Below are positions 37,901-51,200 of a DNA stretch of 64,000 nucleotides, piece by piece. This stretch comes from Leptogorgia sarmentosa. Taxonomy: Eukaryota. The translations under genes and the position numbers were made by a program. Position 1 is the stretch's first letter. Every line of letters starts with the position of its first letter. The notes below the pieces were generated by a model, which worked only from the letters and a program-made list of their open reading frames with translations, was not told where the DNA came from and did no database searches. The stretch is taken from positions 620,001-684,000 of the forward strand of contig OZ210885.1 in assembly GCA_964658305.1 (NCBI GenBank), given 5' to 3'.

Positions 37901-39248
37901 GTCAAGTGCCCTACCATCCGCACAGAACGAGTCTGGTAGATCGCCAGTAGGGACTTACTAAGGCAACCGGAACGCATCGGGGATGCCCGCTATATCTTGA
38001 CTGGTACAAATGCATGACTTTGACATTCAGGAACACTCAGAGAGCAGGGAGATGCAGATCGGCCCCTAGACCATATGTGATAAGCACCTTGTCCTTTAGC
38101 GAAAGGCAATGTCGTAGCATGAGAACCAATAAGCTATATTCCGGATTTGTATTTAACTACGTCACACTCTTGTGGCGTGGTTGTTGTGGGACTCGTTTGG
38201 TGAATTTCATTGCGCATGCGCGTACGTCAAAATTTGTTCTCTTCGTTGTTTTCAACATGCCAGACATTGTGGAAGCGTTAAAAAGCAAGAATAGTCAAGG
38301 AAGTTGAGATAGTTAAGTGAAAAAAACCGAAAAGAATTCGTCAAGTGCCCTACCATCCGCACAGAACGAGTCTGGTAGATCGCCAGTAGGGACTTACTAA
38401 GGCAACCGGAACGCATCGGGGATGCCCGCTATATCTTGACTGGTACAAATGCATGACTTTGACATTCAGGAACACTCAGAGAGCAGGGAGATGCAGATCG
38501 GCCCCTAGACCATATGTGATAAGCACCTTGTCCTTTAGCGAAAGGCAATGTCGTAGCATGGGAACCAATAAGCTATATTCCGGATTTGTATTTAACTACG
38601 TCACACTCTTGTGGCGTGGTTGTTGTGGGACTCGTTTGGTGAATTTCATTGCGCATGCGCGTACGTCAAAATTTGTTTTCTTCGTTTTTTCAACATCCCA
38701 GACATTGTGAAAGTGTTAAAAAGCGAGGATAGTCAAGGAAGAACCGAAAACAATTTTTTTGAGTGAGGAAAACCGAAAATAATTTTGTCAAGCGCATTGC
38801 GTATGCGCGTACGTCAAAATTTGTTCTCTTCGTTGTTTTCAACATCCCAGACATTGTGAAAGCGTTAAAAAGCAAGAATAGTCAAGGAAGTTGAGATAGT
38901 TAAGTGAAAAAACCCGAAAAGAATTCGTCAAGTGCCCTACCATCCGCACAGAACGAGTCTGGTAGATCGCCAGTAGGGACTTACTAAGGCCAGTAGGGAC
39001 TTACTACGTCACACTCTTGTGGCGTGGTTGTTGTGGGACTCGTTTGGTGAATTTCATTGCGCATGCGCGTACGTCAAAATTTGTTTTCTTCGTTGTTTTC
39101 AACATCCCAGACATTGTGAAAATGTTAAAAAGCAAGAATAGCAAAGGGAGAAACGAAAAAAAAATTTTTGAGTGAAAAAGCCCCAAAATAATTTTGTCAA
39201 GGTCAGAACGAGTCTGGTAGATCGCCAGTAGGTTACTTGCAAACCAAT
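34919..39248. repeat. Modular (mosaic) tandem array or satellite, periods ~526, ~598 and 439 bp
   Basis: Core TCAACATCCCAGACATTGTGAAAG..GTCAAGGAAG occurs 14 times (about 35064, 35213, 35591, 35739, 36189, 36337, 36787, 36935, 37374, 37813, 38252, 38690, 38838, 39098), separated by a small set of near-identical modules. Confidence 0.95.
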
Positions 39249-39857
39249 TGAAACTTCGAAACTTGGTGTAAAAACTAAGTTTCAAAGAAAAACTTCCTCT
39301 ATAGCTATTACCTTTTCAACAAAATCGAAAGTGAAAGTTTCCAAAAAACTAATTACTCACTACGATACCTTTAGTAACCCCATTTCTTAACAAATTAATA
39401 GCAACATAGCATGAACTAAGTTGAAATTAATTAATTACTAGTCAGACCCTTCAGAAATGAAATAATGTTGTCGATGTATTTCAAGAAGTGCAAGTATCGA
39501 CGACTGATTGATATCAATAGTTTAGTATACAAATGTTAAACATCGTTTATACATGCATGTAAGCTACATTGCACTATAATGTAAATGAAAATGCAGCTGC
39601 AAAGTTAAAGAAGTGAAATAAAGTGAACGCTTATGAAAGTTTTTCAATCTTTTTCTATGTAACTGAACAGCAATCGTAGTTGTGTAGCCATGAAATTAAA
39701 AATTATTTTAAATTTAGCGTTATTCGACTGATTCTGAAACAATCTTTAAATATAGATGAGGTTCAGAGACAGTGTTTAAGAATTTATGATCTCTCACCTT
39801 GGCGCTGAATTTCATGGCGCTTAATTTATTCATATAATTTAAGGATAATCAGGGATA

Positions 39858-40064
39858 CAGGGTGTCCCAAAGGACTAGTTAATGCACCTCGGGAAATTTA
39901 AATTACCTTCTGACCAATAGCAACACAAACACGTCGCGGCCTGTTGTAAATACATCTGTCGTTCAAGTAACTCAATTCTCAAAGCTATAACAACGCACGT
40001 TTGACAACAAAATACTTGATTTCTATATGATCGAAGGGGGTTTAATTTGTTTTGGGACACCCTG
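39858..40064. mobile_element. Tc1/mariner-type MITE, same family as 22929-23159
   Basis: TA|CAGGGTGTCCCAAA...TTTGGGACACCCTG|TA; shared internal motifs tctgtcgttca, ttctcaaag, aacgcacgttt, tgatttctata. Confidence 0.85.
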
Positions 40065-41406
40065 TATACCCTTCACGTCCACACAAAATATTTCAGGGAG
40101 AGTGCTTGTGTTATATTTGTGGTGGAAACAATTTTGATTAAAATTGCGTATTCCTAAATTGCGTATTTTCATATCTTGAATATAGAAGCAAATCCTTTAT
40201 TAATTTTAAATTAAAATACTATATTTAAATTTATTCCAATATTAGCTAGAGAAAAAGAAACTATAATAATTTTTTGTCCATACAATATTTACGTACTATA
40301 CTTTGAGTAGTTACATTTTTTTCTAAAATACTATAATTAATTACCAAACATGCAGCATAAATAATAACAGAATACTTATATATATTTCGGAATGTCTCTC
40401 ATTCAGTTGATTCATTGATTGACAGCATTTCATTTCTAACCTACAATAGAAAAAAAATCATTTATAACTAGTTAAATCTGTGGTCCGTATTTTTCGCTTT
40501 GGAAACAGAAAAGATTTTTTGGTTTTCAATTTCCCAATTTAAAATTTGCATATAAAAATTTCAAGCAACCAAATCGTTTTTGATGGAGCAAGCATGTCTA
40601 TTGCAAGCCAGTGAAACTGATGATAACAAGTTAATTCGCGCGCATGCAGCCATATAATAAAGGGATTTTTGACCTCGCTTGTTCGGTCTGTACTGTAAAA
40701 TATCAGTTTTCTATTCTCGACACCGATATTGATATCGATCGCTCTCCGTCGCTCCGTCCATACTAGACTGAAACCTCGATATCTGATATTTCACAGTACA
40801 GACCTCACGCATGATAGTGAGTTTACAATCATCATATCAGAGATTGTTCGCCATTTGAGTGAAAAGTCACGTGATTGCAAACAAGCAATTGATTAGCGTG
40901 CTGTTTTGCAGTCTTGTATAGTTGATCCACTATAATTAGCATTATATGACGTAGCGACGAAAATAATTGCATGATGCATGAACATGATGTCGCTGGCTGA
41001 GCTGCTTCTGTGCTTCATGTAATGCGAACTATACTGGATCAACTAATAACTATTCCTGACTGGAAATTGATGGACGATGGTTAAAATATGTTTTCGGGCA
41101 ATTATGGTTATTGGTGTAAGTACAACATTTTATGCGTATGGTACTTAGGGGCCTGAGAATAATATAATGTTGCTGAATGAACATATTATCGTAGTCGAAG
41201 ATGAATGAATACTGGAAATAGGGCATAGAGTTGCATAGGTACGGCAGGGGCAAACTGCAGAGTGGTTAATTTGCAAGAGGCATGGGCATTCTGGTAATAA
41301 GGGGCTCGCCTAATTTGACCAGTCCCGACCCTTGTTTGGAAATGCTTCTGGCACTGTGGTGAAGCCGGCTATTTCAATTTTAAATCATTTTCAGACAGTT
41401 CAGTTA

Positions 41407-41643
41407 CACACACGAAATTATCACTAGATCAAGGTTGATGAAAACAAGATGCAACAATGATTTGCTGCCCACATTGTTGCTAGTTGTCATCAATATTGTT
41501 CAGAATTATTACACCTGATTGCAGGCTGAGTCAGGCTCAACAATGTTGAGCAATATTGTTGACAACTAACAACAATGTGGGCAGCAAATCATTGTTGCAT
41601 CCTGTTTTTATCAACCATGATCAAGTGATAATTTTTAGCTGTG
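41407..41643. mobile_element. Palindromic MITE with TA target-site duplication
   Basis: TA|CAC..aaattatcac..gatgcaacaatgatttgctgcccacattgttg / caacaatgtgggcagcaaatcattgttgcatc..gtgataattt..GTG|TA. Confidence 0.8.
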
Positions 41644-42284
41644 TAATATCAAATATTCTCCAAACTTCTAATATAAAAATATAATTAATTGCATGCTTTT
41701 GGCACCAGTTGATAGTATTGGAAAAATATTGTTGAAGGACAGGGGGGGGGGGGAGGGGGTTGGCAGGGGGTGTCACATTATTTATCGTTCTCCCAATCAA
41801 CACAATAAAGTAAAAATGCCTAGGTAGCCTATTATCGGATGGTCTATTGTAAAACCAAAAAATATTTGTTGTTTGAGGATTTTTTTAATGGTACAAACAA
41901 CGAACCTTTTCTCATTAAATTGGTGCGAATACTGGCAAGAATATAGGTTTAACCTTCCTTTAATAAAGGAATATTTCTATTCAACCAGTAACATCTGGAA
42001 TAATAGCCTGTGTATCTTGAATGGTAAATTCTTTACTGAACAGGCTGATGCACGGCAATATCAAAGTTTGACAAGATACATGACAAAACCAACACCACAG
42101 GTTGAATTTGGTTCTTGGCTACAATAAGGTTTCATATTGAGTAAAGCCTATTGTGCTGCATGTTCACATTGTATCAATTTCCTTGTGATAGGCACATTAA
42201 GCATCAGATTACTACTTTTAAGATCACATGGGCATGACATGCCCAAATTATTTTTAACTTGAATTGACTTACCATAATTTAAGA

Positions 42285-45200
42285 TCATAAGTCCCCACTT
42301 CCCTGCGAGGTTGGAAGAACATTATCTTGAAACATACCAACAACATTTCCTGGAGGGTAATATTTTGCAACAACAACAACCAAGTCTCCACTATCACTTC
42401 GCGCCAACGCCATTCCTACTTCTTTACATTCTCTCCATAACATTTGACTGAAATTTCGTGTAAGTGAAGAAAACGCAGGAGAAGTGTAATCATAATCTCT
42501 TTCTTCCTTGTACCACAATTCAATGGCCGCTTTAACGTCAAAAGATCGATCACTTGACATGGCAATATTCTCCCCACTGTTACTTGTGTCACTGCTGTGG
42601 ATGGAGCCAGTACGGATTACTCTCTCGGCTGAGTGCAAAGCTTCAACTGCGAGCATTGGCGACCAGCTGAGCTCAGACACGCCATGTTGAAATCGGTGAT
42701 AGTTGTGCGTCACTAAACAATCGTGTTTAATGGTTTCTAGAAAAAAATGTAAAATTAATTTGGGTATACTGTCTAGAAAAGAAACTCCAGGTTGTTTTCG
42801 GGAAAAACTCCAGGATCAGTTTAACAGTGACATCATACATGTATGATGTATTCAGAGTTTCTGTTTGGGGCCTGGCCAACTCAAGTTCTCGAAATTTAAA
42901 CTTGAAGATTAATTTTTATATACGAATTTTTAATTCTTTTATGAACAAAAGCATATCAAATATCTATACGCCTTAAAGTAGTTTAAAGTTTTTAAAACAT
43001 TATACGCTGCAATCAAATCGAATCATATATGGTGCACATGTTAATATAAGAGAATCAAGGCTTTGTTTAGGTTGAATTGAAATCAGTTTTTCATTTTTAA
43101 ATGGGGTGTTTTTGAAAATTTAGTGAAAATTTGATCAATTTAATAGTTTTAAGATTTTAAATCTTTGTCATTGCTCTGTCATGTGGCTTCATCCGGAATT
43201 CTTTGCATCTTACCAATCTCACTGGGTGGGCTGGGAGGACTAGAAGACTTCTTTCTTCTCGGTCGACCTTCGACTGCATTCTCTCTGGGGGACAGAACAT
43301 TCTCCTCGAAACAACCAAGCTTATTCCCTGGAGGGTTGTATCTTGCGACATAATAGGAGGTACCATCAGGTGCTATCGCCATTCCAACTCCCATTTCTTT
43401 AGTTCCCTCCCACACCATTTGCGTGAAGTGTCCTGTTTGGGTGGTAAAACCTGGTTTCACGAAACTGTAATGTTTAATTTCATCGTACCACAGCTGAGAT
43501 AGATCATAGCCATTTAAAACCTCGGAGGAGTAAGCGACATTTTCTCCATACTCGGAAGACGTGGAATGTATGAGGCATCCACTTTCAGCCAAGTGTTCCG
43601 CCCATTTTTGAGCTTCTTTAGCGAGGCTATCAGACCAAATTAATGGTTTGGAGTAATGGATGTAGCGACATTTGTTGTGCTCCAACAACACACGTGCTTG
43701 AAAATCTCCTAGTAAAACTTTAAAATTTTGTGGACAATTTACATCACCTTAGATTTTTAATGTTGTAAATATTGGTTACTCGTATATGGTGTATTGTATT
43801 GTTAATGTTCAATAAGTTTTGCATTGTCTGAACTCGAAGGTTAAAATGTTTTTAGCGTCGTGAGACCGAATTTACTTTACCCAGTTTACTGGTGTGTTTA
43901 GTGAATTTTAATCTTTAAAAGCAAGTAATTCACCATGGCATATTTTAAATTTTTTTGCTGAAACACGGTGTCCTAATTTTCTTTACGTGGGTATTACTTC
44001 TCGATGCGCAGCCAGAATTCATGTTAAAGTTGTTTTGAGACTGTTAAAATACACAAGCCCTTACCCAGTGCTGATGTTGATTCCATGGCTGTCACTTCCC
44101 GCACTTCTCTTCTCACTTCCCTGACTACGTGACCGTCGCCATGATCCACGTACTCGACTGATGGAGCTGTTTCTAGGGAATGTTCATCCGTTCTTTCTAA
44201 CACTTCTTTCAATACATCCGGATGTTCTTCCAAAACCATAGCACCAGTTGTTTCAATTCTCGTCATTGTTGTCATGGTTCCATCATCTTCCTTGGTAACC
44301 TCATACGAAATGTTTCTTTCATTTGGAAAATCACCGAATTTTTCTTGGGCCAGGTGTTCAGAAAGTCCAGTATTGTATTGCGTTCCGCCAGTTTCTGCCA
44401 TTCTCTCGTCGTCCCCTTCAGATTCAATCCGAGGATATTCCGTGTCATTCCTTTCTTGTTTTTTAAGTTCTTCTAATATGGACTTAATCGAATCACCTTG
44501 GTCTTCTGAAGTGATTATCGGTTCCGTTTTAACAGTACGTGTAACAGTCCTAGTAACTGTTCGTTTTACAACCCCATCGTCTTCCTCCGTAATATCTGTC
44601 ACAACAGGATCTAATTGTTCTGTTCCTATCTCGAATGGCTCAAGTGTTTCTATACGTTGTTCGTCGGATATTAACTCAGGTTCAGTGATTTCTTTGCGTG
44701 TAACTACTCTTGTAATGGTCGTCTTTACACCATCCTTTTCTTGCTCTTCTGTTGTTATTTCTGGTTGTCCGAGAGCGTTGTCCTTCTGAAATTCTTCCAA
44801 AATTTTCACAACGTCGCCTTGCATAGTTAAGCTATCAGGAGCTCGCTCTACTCTCGTCGTTACAACTCTGGTAATTGTCGTTCTTGTGCCGTCCTCTTCT
44901 TTTTCTTCAGTGATCACTTCGTCTTCTTTGTCAGGACTCTCGGTTTCGTGTATAGTTTCTTGTACACTTTCCGGTTCAGTTTCCACATCTTTTATGATCA
45001 TCCCCTGAGATGAGTCAAGGCTTCCCATGTAGTGTTTCTCTAGACACTCCGCTAAATTCTGAGTAGGCTCCATTTCCACATTTTGCGTTATAGTTCTAGT
45101 GATGGTTGTTTTCATCTCACAGCTTTCTCTGTCTTCAACGGGCACTCCAGATTCGGCCTGAAATCCGTTACTCTCCAATTCCGCAATATTTGTGTCCACC

Positions 45201-48200
45201 GATGTTATAATTGGTCTTGGTTCTTGGTGTCGTGTTACAACAGTTGTAATTGTCTTTGTGATGCCGCCATCATCATGTTCCTCAGTAGTAACAGCCGGTG
45301 CTTCCAGTCCGCCCTCTTTTTCTAACAAATCTCCAAATTTAGATTCAAATTGTTCCCATTCCTCTCCTTCCACAGGTACCTCCTTACCGTCAATAATTTT
45401 TACTACCTTTCTTCTCGTTTCGGTTGTGACTACGCGAGTCACCTGTCTATCCCCATCCTGTTCGGTAGATACAGAAACGTGTTTGGTGGAAGAGTCGGAG
45501 GGGCACTCTAGTTCTGGGGGTGTAATCCCTTCACGAATATATTCAATATTGGTTTCAGTCGCTTCACATTCACTGGGGTCATCAATGACGTTTGAATCTT
45601 CATGTGTTTGTTCAATGTCCTGATAGATTTCATGTTCTTCATGAGACATTTCACTACCCATCAATTCAAGTCCGAGATTTTCTTTTTGTTCTGAAGAAAT
45701 GTCAGGATCTTCCCGGTTTTTATGATGCTTACCTGTTGTTTCATCGTCAAGCGAGGAGAGATCAGAAGATATCCAGCTACGAACAGAGCTTCCAGGCGAG
45801 ACAGAGGACTCTGAAGGTACATCAGGGCTTTCTCGTAAATCTAATTTTAAATAATCCATCTCGCTGTCGTTGGCACTCTGTTTTTCTTTCGTAGTTTCTT
45901 TCTCTACTGCAGCACGAACCTCTTCCGGTGATGTTTCCTCATTCATTTCTTGTTCTGCAATTTCGTCAGCATCAGCCTTTTCGTCCACATTGGGCTGTTT
46001 TTCTCGCCATAGTAAAATAAACTCGTCGGTTGTTGTTGCAGGATCATCATCTACGTTATCACTACAGTCCGTTTCAGTTTTCTGTCTCTTATTTTGAACT
46101 TCACGAACGGTACCTTGAATAATTTCGAATTCGCTAGGGCTGGTTATTACGTATTGTTTGGAATCACCTGTATCAGTTTGAACATTTTCATTTGTTTGTA
46201 CTTTAACTAACGACCCAGACAATGAGTCAGTTCCAGAATATGGTTCTTCCATAATTATGGACAAATGCGATGCAAGTAACGGTCTTTCTGCACCGTAATC
46301 AACGTCGTCCTCTTCGTCTCCCATATATTCGAGCTCTTCAAGAGTTTCCAACGGTTTGTCAGCCTCAGTTGAACTAAAAACCTTGTCGACATCACAAGGA
46401 AATTCTAATTGGAACGGTGAAAAGGTTCCTTTTTCTTTCATGTACTGTTCATATAACTCAAATTCCATAAGTTCATATCTTTCTTCTAGTGAACCAGTCT
46501 CTTCCATTTTTACCATTACCATATTGCCGCTTTCCGTTTGGACCAGTCGAGGTGTGAAAGAAACGTCGCCCTGTTCCTCGGTTTGAGCTAATGCCTGTTT
46601 TAGAACATCTTTAACTATTGCGTGAGCACCAATATGAATCACCTGGTCGGGCACATTTTCATTTTCCATTGTTGTGTTTCTTTCCACTTCTTCTTCGACG
46701 ACTGCTGGATCACATTCTTTATCTCTGCCACTCTGTTCAGGCTCTTCCTGTGTCACCTTTACTGTGTGCCACACAACTGGATTTTTTTCAACTTCAACCC
46801 AGCGAGCGTTGATGTCAACATCATCTCCGTCTGCCTGAAATTCTTCTTGATTTGGGTTCTCTTCAGAATTCTCCTTATAGATTTCTTGATCGTCTTTATG
46901 AACTGTTGTAGTTTCTTCTAAAAGAACAGTATCAACTACGGGCCTCGATTCTTCTTCGAATACTTCACAAGCAGCAGAAAATCGTACATGTTTAGAGGAA
47001 TGCTCACACTCTTCTGCAAAACTCTGTTCTTCTTCAGTTTCTAGGTCGTCCACAAATCGACTGCCCTTTTCACCTTCTTCCAGTTCACCTTCAGCTGCTA
47101 TGTCTTCCTCTGACTGTTCTTCCAATGAGAATTTCTCTGGGAATACTTCCTCTTTCTTGACAGATTCGTCGTTTTCTTCTACAGGATGCCCTTCTACAAC
47201 GGCTTTTGTTTCCCCCACTTCTTCTTTCGTTACCTCTTTCTCCACAAGTTCATCTTCAGGAAGTTCACGAACTTCATCTTGTTCAAGCTTTTTCTCTGGG
47301 AATACTTCTACTGCTTGCTCTTCTTCAAAGTCTTTTGTTTCGTCTTCACTGAGCACAGATTCTTCTTGGAAAGTGGACTCCTCGGCTGGTTCATCTTCAG
47401 CTTGGTCACTAACTTCATCTTCTTCAAGCTTTTTCTCTGGGTAGTATTCTACTGGTTGCTCATCTTCAATTTCTATTGTTTCTTCTTCTGTGAGGGCAGC
47501 TTCTTTCAATGTGGACCCCTCTACTACTACATCTTCTTTTTCGACAGGTTGTTCTTCAGGTTGTTCGGGAACTTCATCTTGTTCAGGCATTTTCTCTGGG
47601 AATTCTTCTACTGCTTCCTCTTCTTCAAAGTCTTTTGTCTTTTCTTCACTGAAGACAGGTTTTTCATGGAAAGTGGACTCCTCCACTAATAATTCTTCTT
47701 CCTCGACAGGTTGGTCTTCAGGTTGTTCAAAAACTTCATCTTGTTCAAGCGTTTCTTCTGGGAATACTTCTACTGGTTGGTCTTCTTCAAAGTCTTTTGT
47801 TTCTTCCTCACTGTGGAAATATTCGTCTTGGAAAGTCGACTCCTCTAATAATACTTCTTCTTTCTCGACAGGTTGGTCATCAGGAAGTTCAGAAACTTTA
47901 TCTTTTTCCAGCTTGTCCTCTGGAAAGTCTTCTACTGCTTGTTCTTGGAATGTGCACTCCTCTACTAATACTTCTTCCTCAAGAAATTCATCTTTAGGAT
48001 GTTCAGGAACTTCATCTTGTTCAAGCTTTTCTTCTGGGACGTCGTCTACTGTTTGCTCTTCTTCAAAGTCCTTTGTTTCGTCTTCACTGATCACAGGCTC
48101 TTCTTGGAAAGTGGACTCTTCTACTAATACTCCTTTTTCGACAGTTTCATCCTCGGGAAGTTCACGAACCTCATCTTGTTCAAGCTTTTCCTCTGAGAAA

Positions 48201-51200
48201 TCTTCTACTTCAAAGTCCTTTGTTTCGTCTTCACTGAGGGCAGGTTGGTCTTCAGGTTGTTGAGAAACTTCATTTTGTTCAGGCTTTTCCTCCGACAAGT
48301 CTTCTACTTCAAAGTCCTTTGTCTCGTCTTCACTGAGGGCAGGTTGGTCTTCAGGTTGTTGAGAAACTTCATCTTGTTCAGGCTTTTCCTCTGAGAAGTC
48401 TTCTACTTCAAAGTCCTTTGTCTCGTCTTCACTGATGACAGGTTGGTCTTCAGGTTGTTGAGAAACTTCATCTTGTTCAAGCTTTTCCTCCGGGTACTCT
48501 TCTACTGGTTGGTCTTCTTCAAAGTCTTTTGTTTCTTCCTCACTGTGGAAATATTCGTCTTGGAAAGTCGACTCCTCTAATAATACTCCTTCTTTCTCGA
48601 CAGGTCGGTCATCAGGAAGTTCAGAAACTTTATCTTTTTCCAGCTTGTCCTCTGGAAAGTCTTCTACTGCTTGTTCTTGGAATGTGGACTCCTCTACTAA
48701 TACTTCTTCCTCAACAAATTCATCTTTAGGATGTTCAGGAACTTCATCTTGTTCAAGCTTTTCCTCTGAGAAATCTTCTACTTCAAAGTCCTTTGTTTTG
48801 TCTTCACTGAGGACAGGTTGGTCTTCAGGTTGCTGAGAAGCTTCATCTTGTTCAAGCTTTTCCTCCGGGTAGTCTTCTACTGGTTGGTCTTCTTTTGTTT
48901 CTTCTTCACTGTGGAAAGGTTCGTCTTGGAAAGTCGACTCCTCTGCAAATACTTCTTCTTTCTCGACAGGTTGGTCTTCAGGAAGGCCACCAACGTCATC
49001 TTGTTCAGACCTTTTCTCTGGGAAGTCTTCTACTACCTGCTCTTCTTCAAGGTTCTTTGTTTCTTCTTCACTGATCACAGATTCTTCTTGGAAAGTCGAC
49101 TCCTGTACGAATACTTCTTCTTTGTCGATAGGTTCATCTTCAGGAAGTTCAGAAATTTCATCTTTTTCAAGCTTTTCCTCCGGGTAGTCTTCTACTGGCT
49201 GGTCGTCTTCAAAGTCTTTTGTTTCTTCTTCATTGTGGAAAGATTCGTCTTGGAAAGTCGACTCCTCTACTAATACTTCTTCTTTCGCGACAGGTTGGTC
49301 TTCAGGAAGGTCAACAACCTCATCTTGTTCAGACTTTTTCTCTGGGAAGTCTTCTACTGTTTGCTCTTCCTCAAAGTCCTTTATTTTTTCTTCACCAATC
49401 ACAGATTCTTCTTGGAATGTGGGCTCCTCTACGAAAACTTCTTCCTCGACAGACTGGTCTTCAAGTTGTTCAGAAACTTCATCTTGTTCCAGCTTGTCCT
49501 CTGGAAACTCTTCTACTGCTTGCTCTTCTTTTTCAAAGTAAATTGTTTCTTCTTGAGTGGAGTCAGGTTCCTCTTGGAGTATGTTCTCGTCTGTCGATAC
49601 CTCTTTCTTGGCTTCTTCTGGATATTGAGAAACTTCATCTTGCTCAAGCGTCTCTTCTGCGATGTCTTCTACTGATTGTTCATCTACCAAGTTTTGTTCC
49701 AACTCTTCCACCACTTCTTCTTTCTCCACAGGTTGGTCTTCAGGATGTTCTGAAAATTCATCTTGTTCCAGCTTGTCTTCTGGGAAGTCTTCTACTAATT
49801 TCTCTTTTTCAAACTCTTTTGTTTGTTTTTCACTGATCACATGTTCTTCTTGGAAAGTGGACTCTTGCATTAATACTTCTTCTTTCTCGACATGTCGGTC
49901 TTCAGGTGGTTCGGAAACTTCATCTTGTTCAAGCTTTTCTTCTGGGACGTCTTCTACTGGTTGGTCTTCTTCAAAGTCTTTTCCTTCTTCTTCAATGAGG
50001 ACAGATTCGTCTTGGAAAGTCGACTCCTCTACTAAGACTTCTTCTTCTTTGGCAGGTTGGTCTTCAGGAAGTTCAGAAACTTCACCTTGTTCAAGCTTTT
50101 CTTCTGGGACGTCTTCTACTGGTTGGTCTTCTTCAAAGTCTTTTCTTTCTTCTTCAATGAGGACAGATTCGTCTTGGAAAGTCGACTCCTCTACTAATAC
50201 TTCTTCTTCCTCGACAGGTTCATCAGGAAGGTCACGAACCTCATCTTGTTCAGACCTTTTCTCTGGGACGTCTTCTACTGTTTGCTCTTCTTCAAAGTCC
50301 TTTATTTCTTCTTCACTGAGCACAGATTCTTCTTGGAAAGTCGACTCCTCTAGGAATACTTCTTTCTCGGCAGGCTGGTCTTCAAGTTGTTCAGAAACTT
50401 CATCTTGTTCAAACGTTTCTTCTGGGAAGTCTTCTACAGGTTCTTCTTGGAATGTGGGCTCCTCTACTAATACTTCTTCTTCGTCGATAGGTTCATCTTC
50501 AGGAAGTTCAGAAACTTCATCTTTTTCAAGCTTTTCCTCTGGAAAGTCTTGTTCTTCTTTTTCAAATTCCTTTGTTTTTTCTTGACTGGAGTCAGGTTCC
50601 TCTTGGAGTATGTGCTCGTCTGTCGATACTTCTTTCTTGGCTTCTTCTGGATCTTCAGAAACTTCATCTTGCTCAAGCGTCTCTTCTGCGATGTCTTCTA
50701 TTGATTGTTCTTCTATCAAGTCTTGTTCTAACTCTTCCACCATTACTTCTTCTTTCTCCAGAGGTTGGTCTTCAGGTGGTTCTGAAAATTTATCTTGTTC
50801 CAGCTTGTCTTCTGGGAAGTCTTCTACTGATTGCTCTTTTTCAAACTCTTTTGTTTGTTTTTCACTGATCACATGTTCTTCTTGGAAAGTGGACTCTTGC
50901 ATTAATACTTCTTCTATCTCGACAGGTTGGTCTTCAGGTGGTTCTGAAAATTCATCTTGTTCAAGCTTTTCTTCTGGGACGTCTTCTACTGGTTGGTCGT
51001 CTTCAAGGTCTTTTGTTTGTTTTTCACTGATCACATGTTCTTCTTGGAAACTGGACTCTTGCATTAATACTTCTTTTTTCTCGACAGGTTGGTCTTCAGG
51101 AGGTTCAGAAACTTCATCTCGTTCCAGCTCGTCCTCTGGAAAGTCATCTACTGGTTGGTCTTCTTTTTCAAAATACTTTGTTTCATCTTGAATGGAGTAA

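Noticed and set aside
34919..39248. CRISPR-like repeat-spacer array
   Set aside because: The core is ~100 bp, the intervening modules are repeated rather than unique, there are no cas genes, and the context is eukaryotic.
35591..39285. Repeated 61-98 aa ORFs in the array (MTLTFRNTQ..., MLFNAFTM..., MPFAKGQG...)
   Set aside because: By-products of the tandem repeat; their ends vary with module order and no domain is recognisable.
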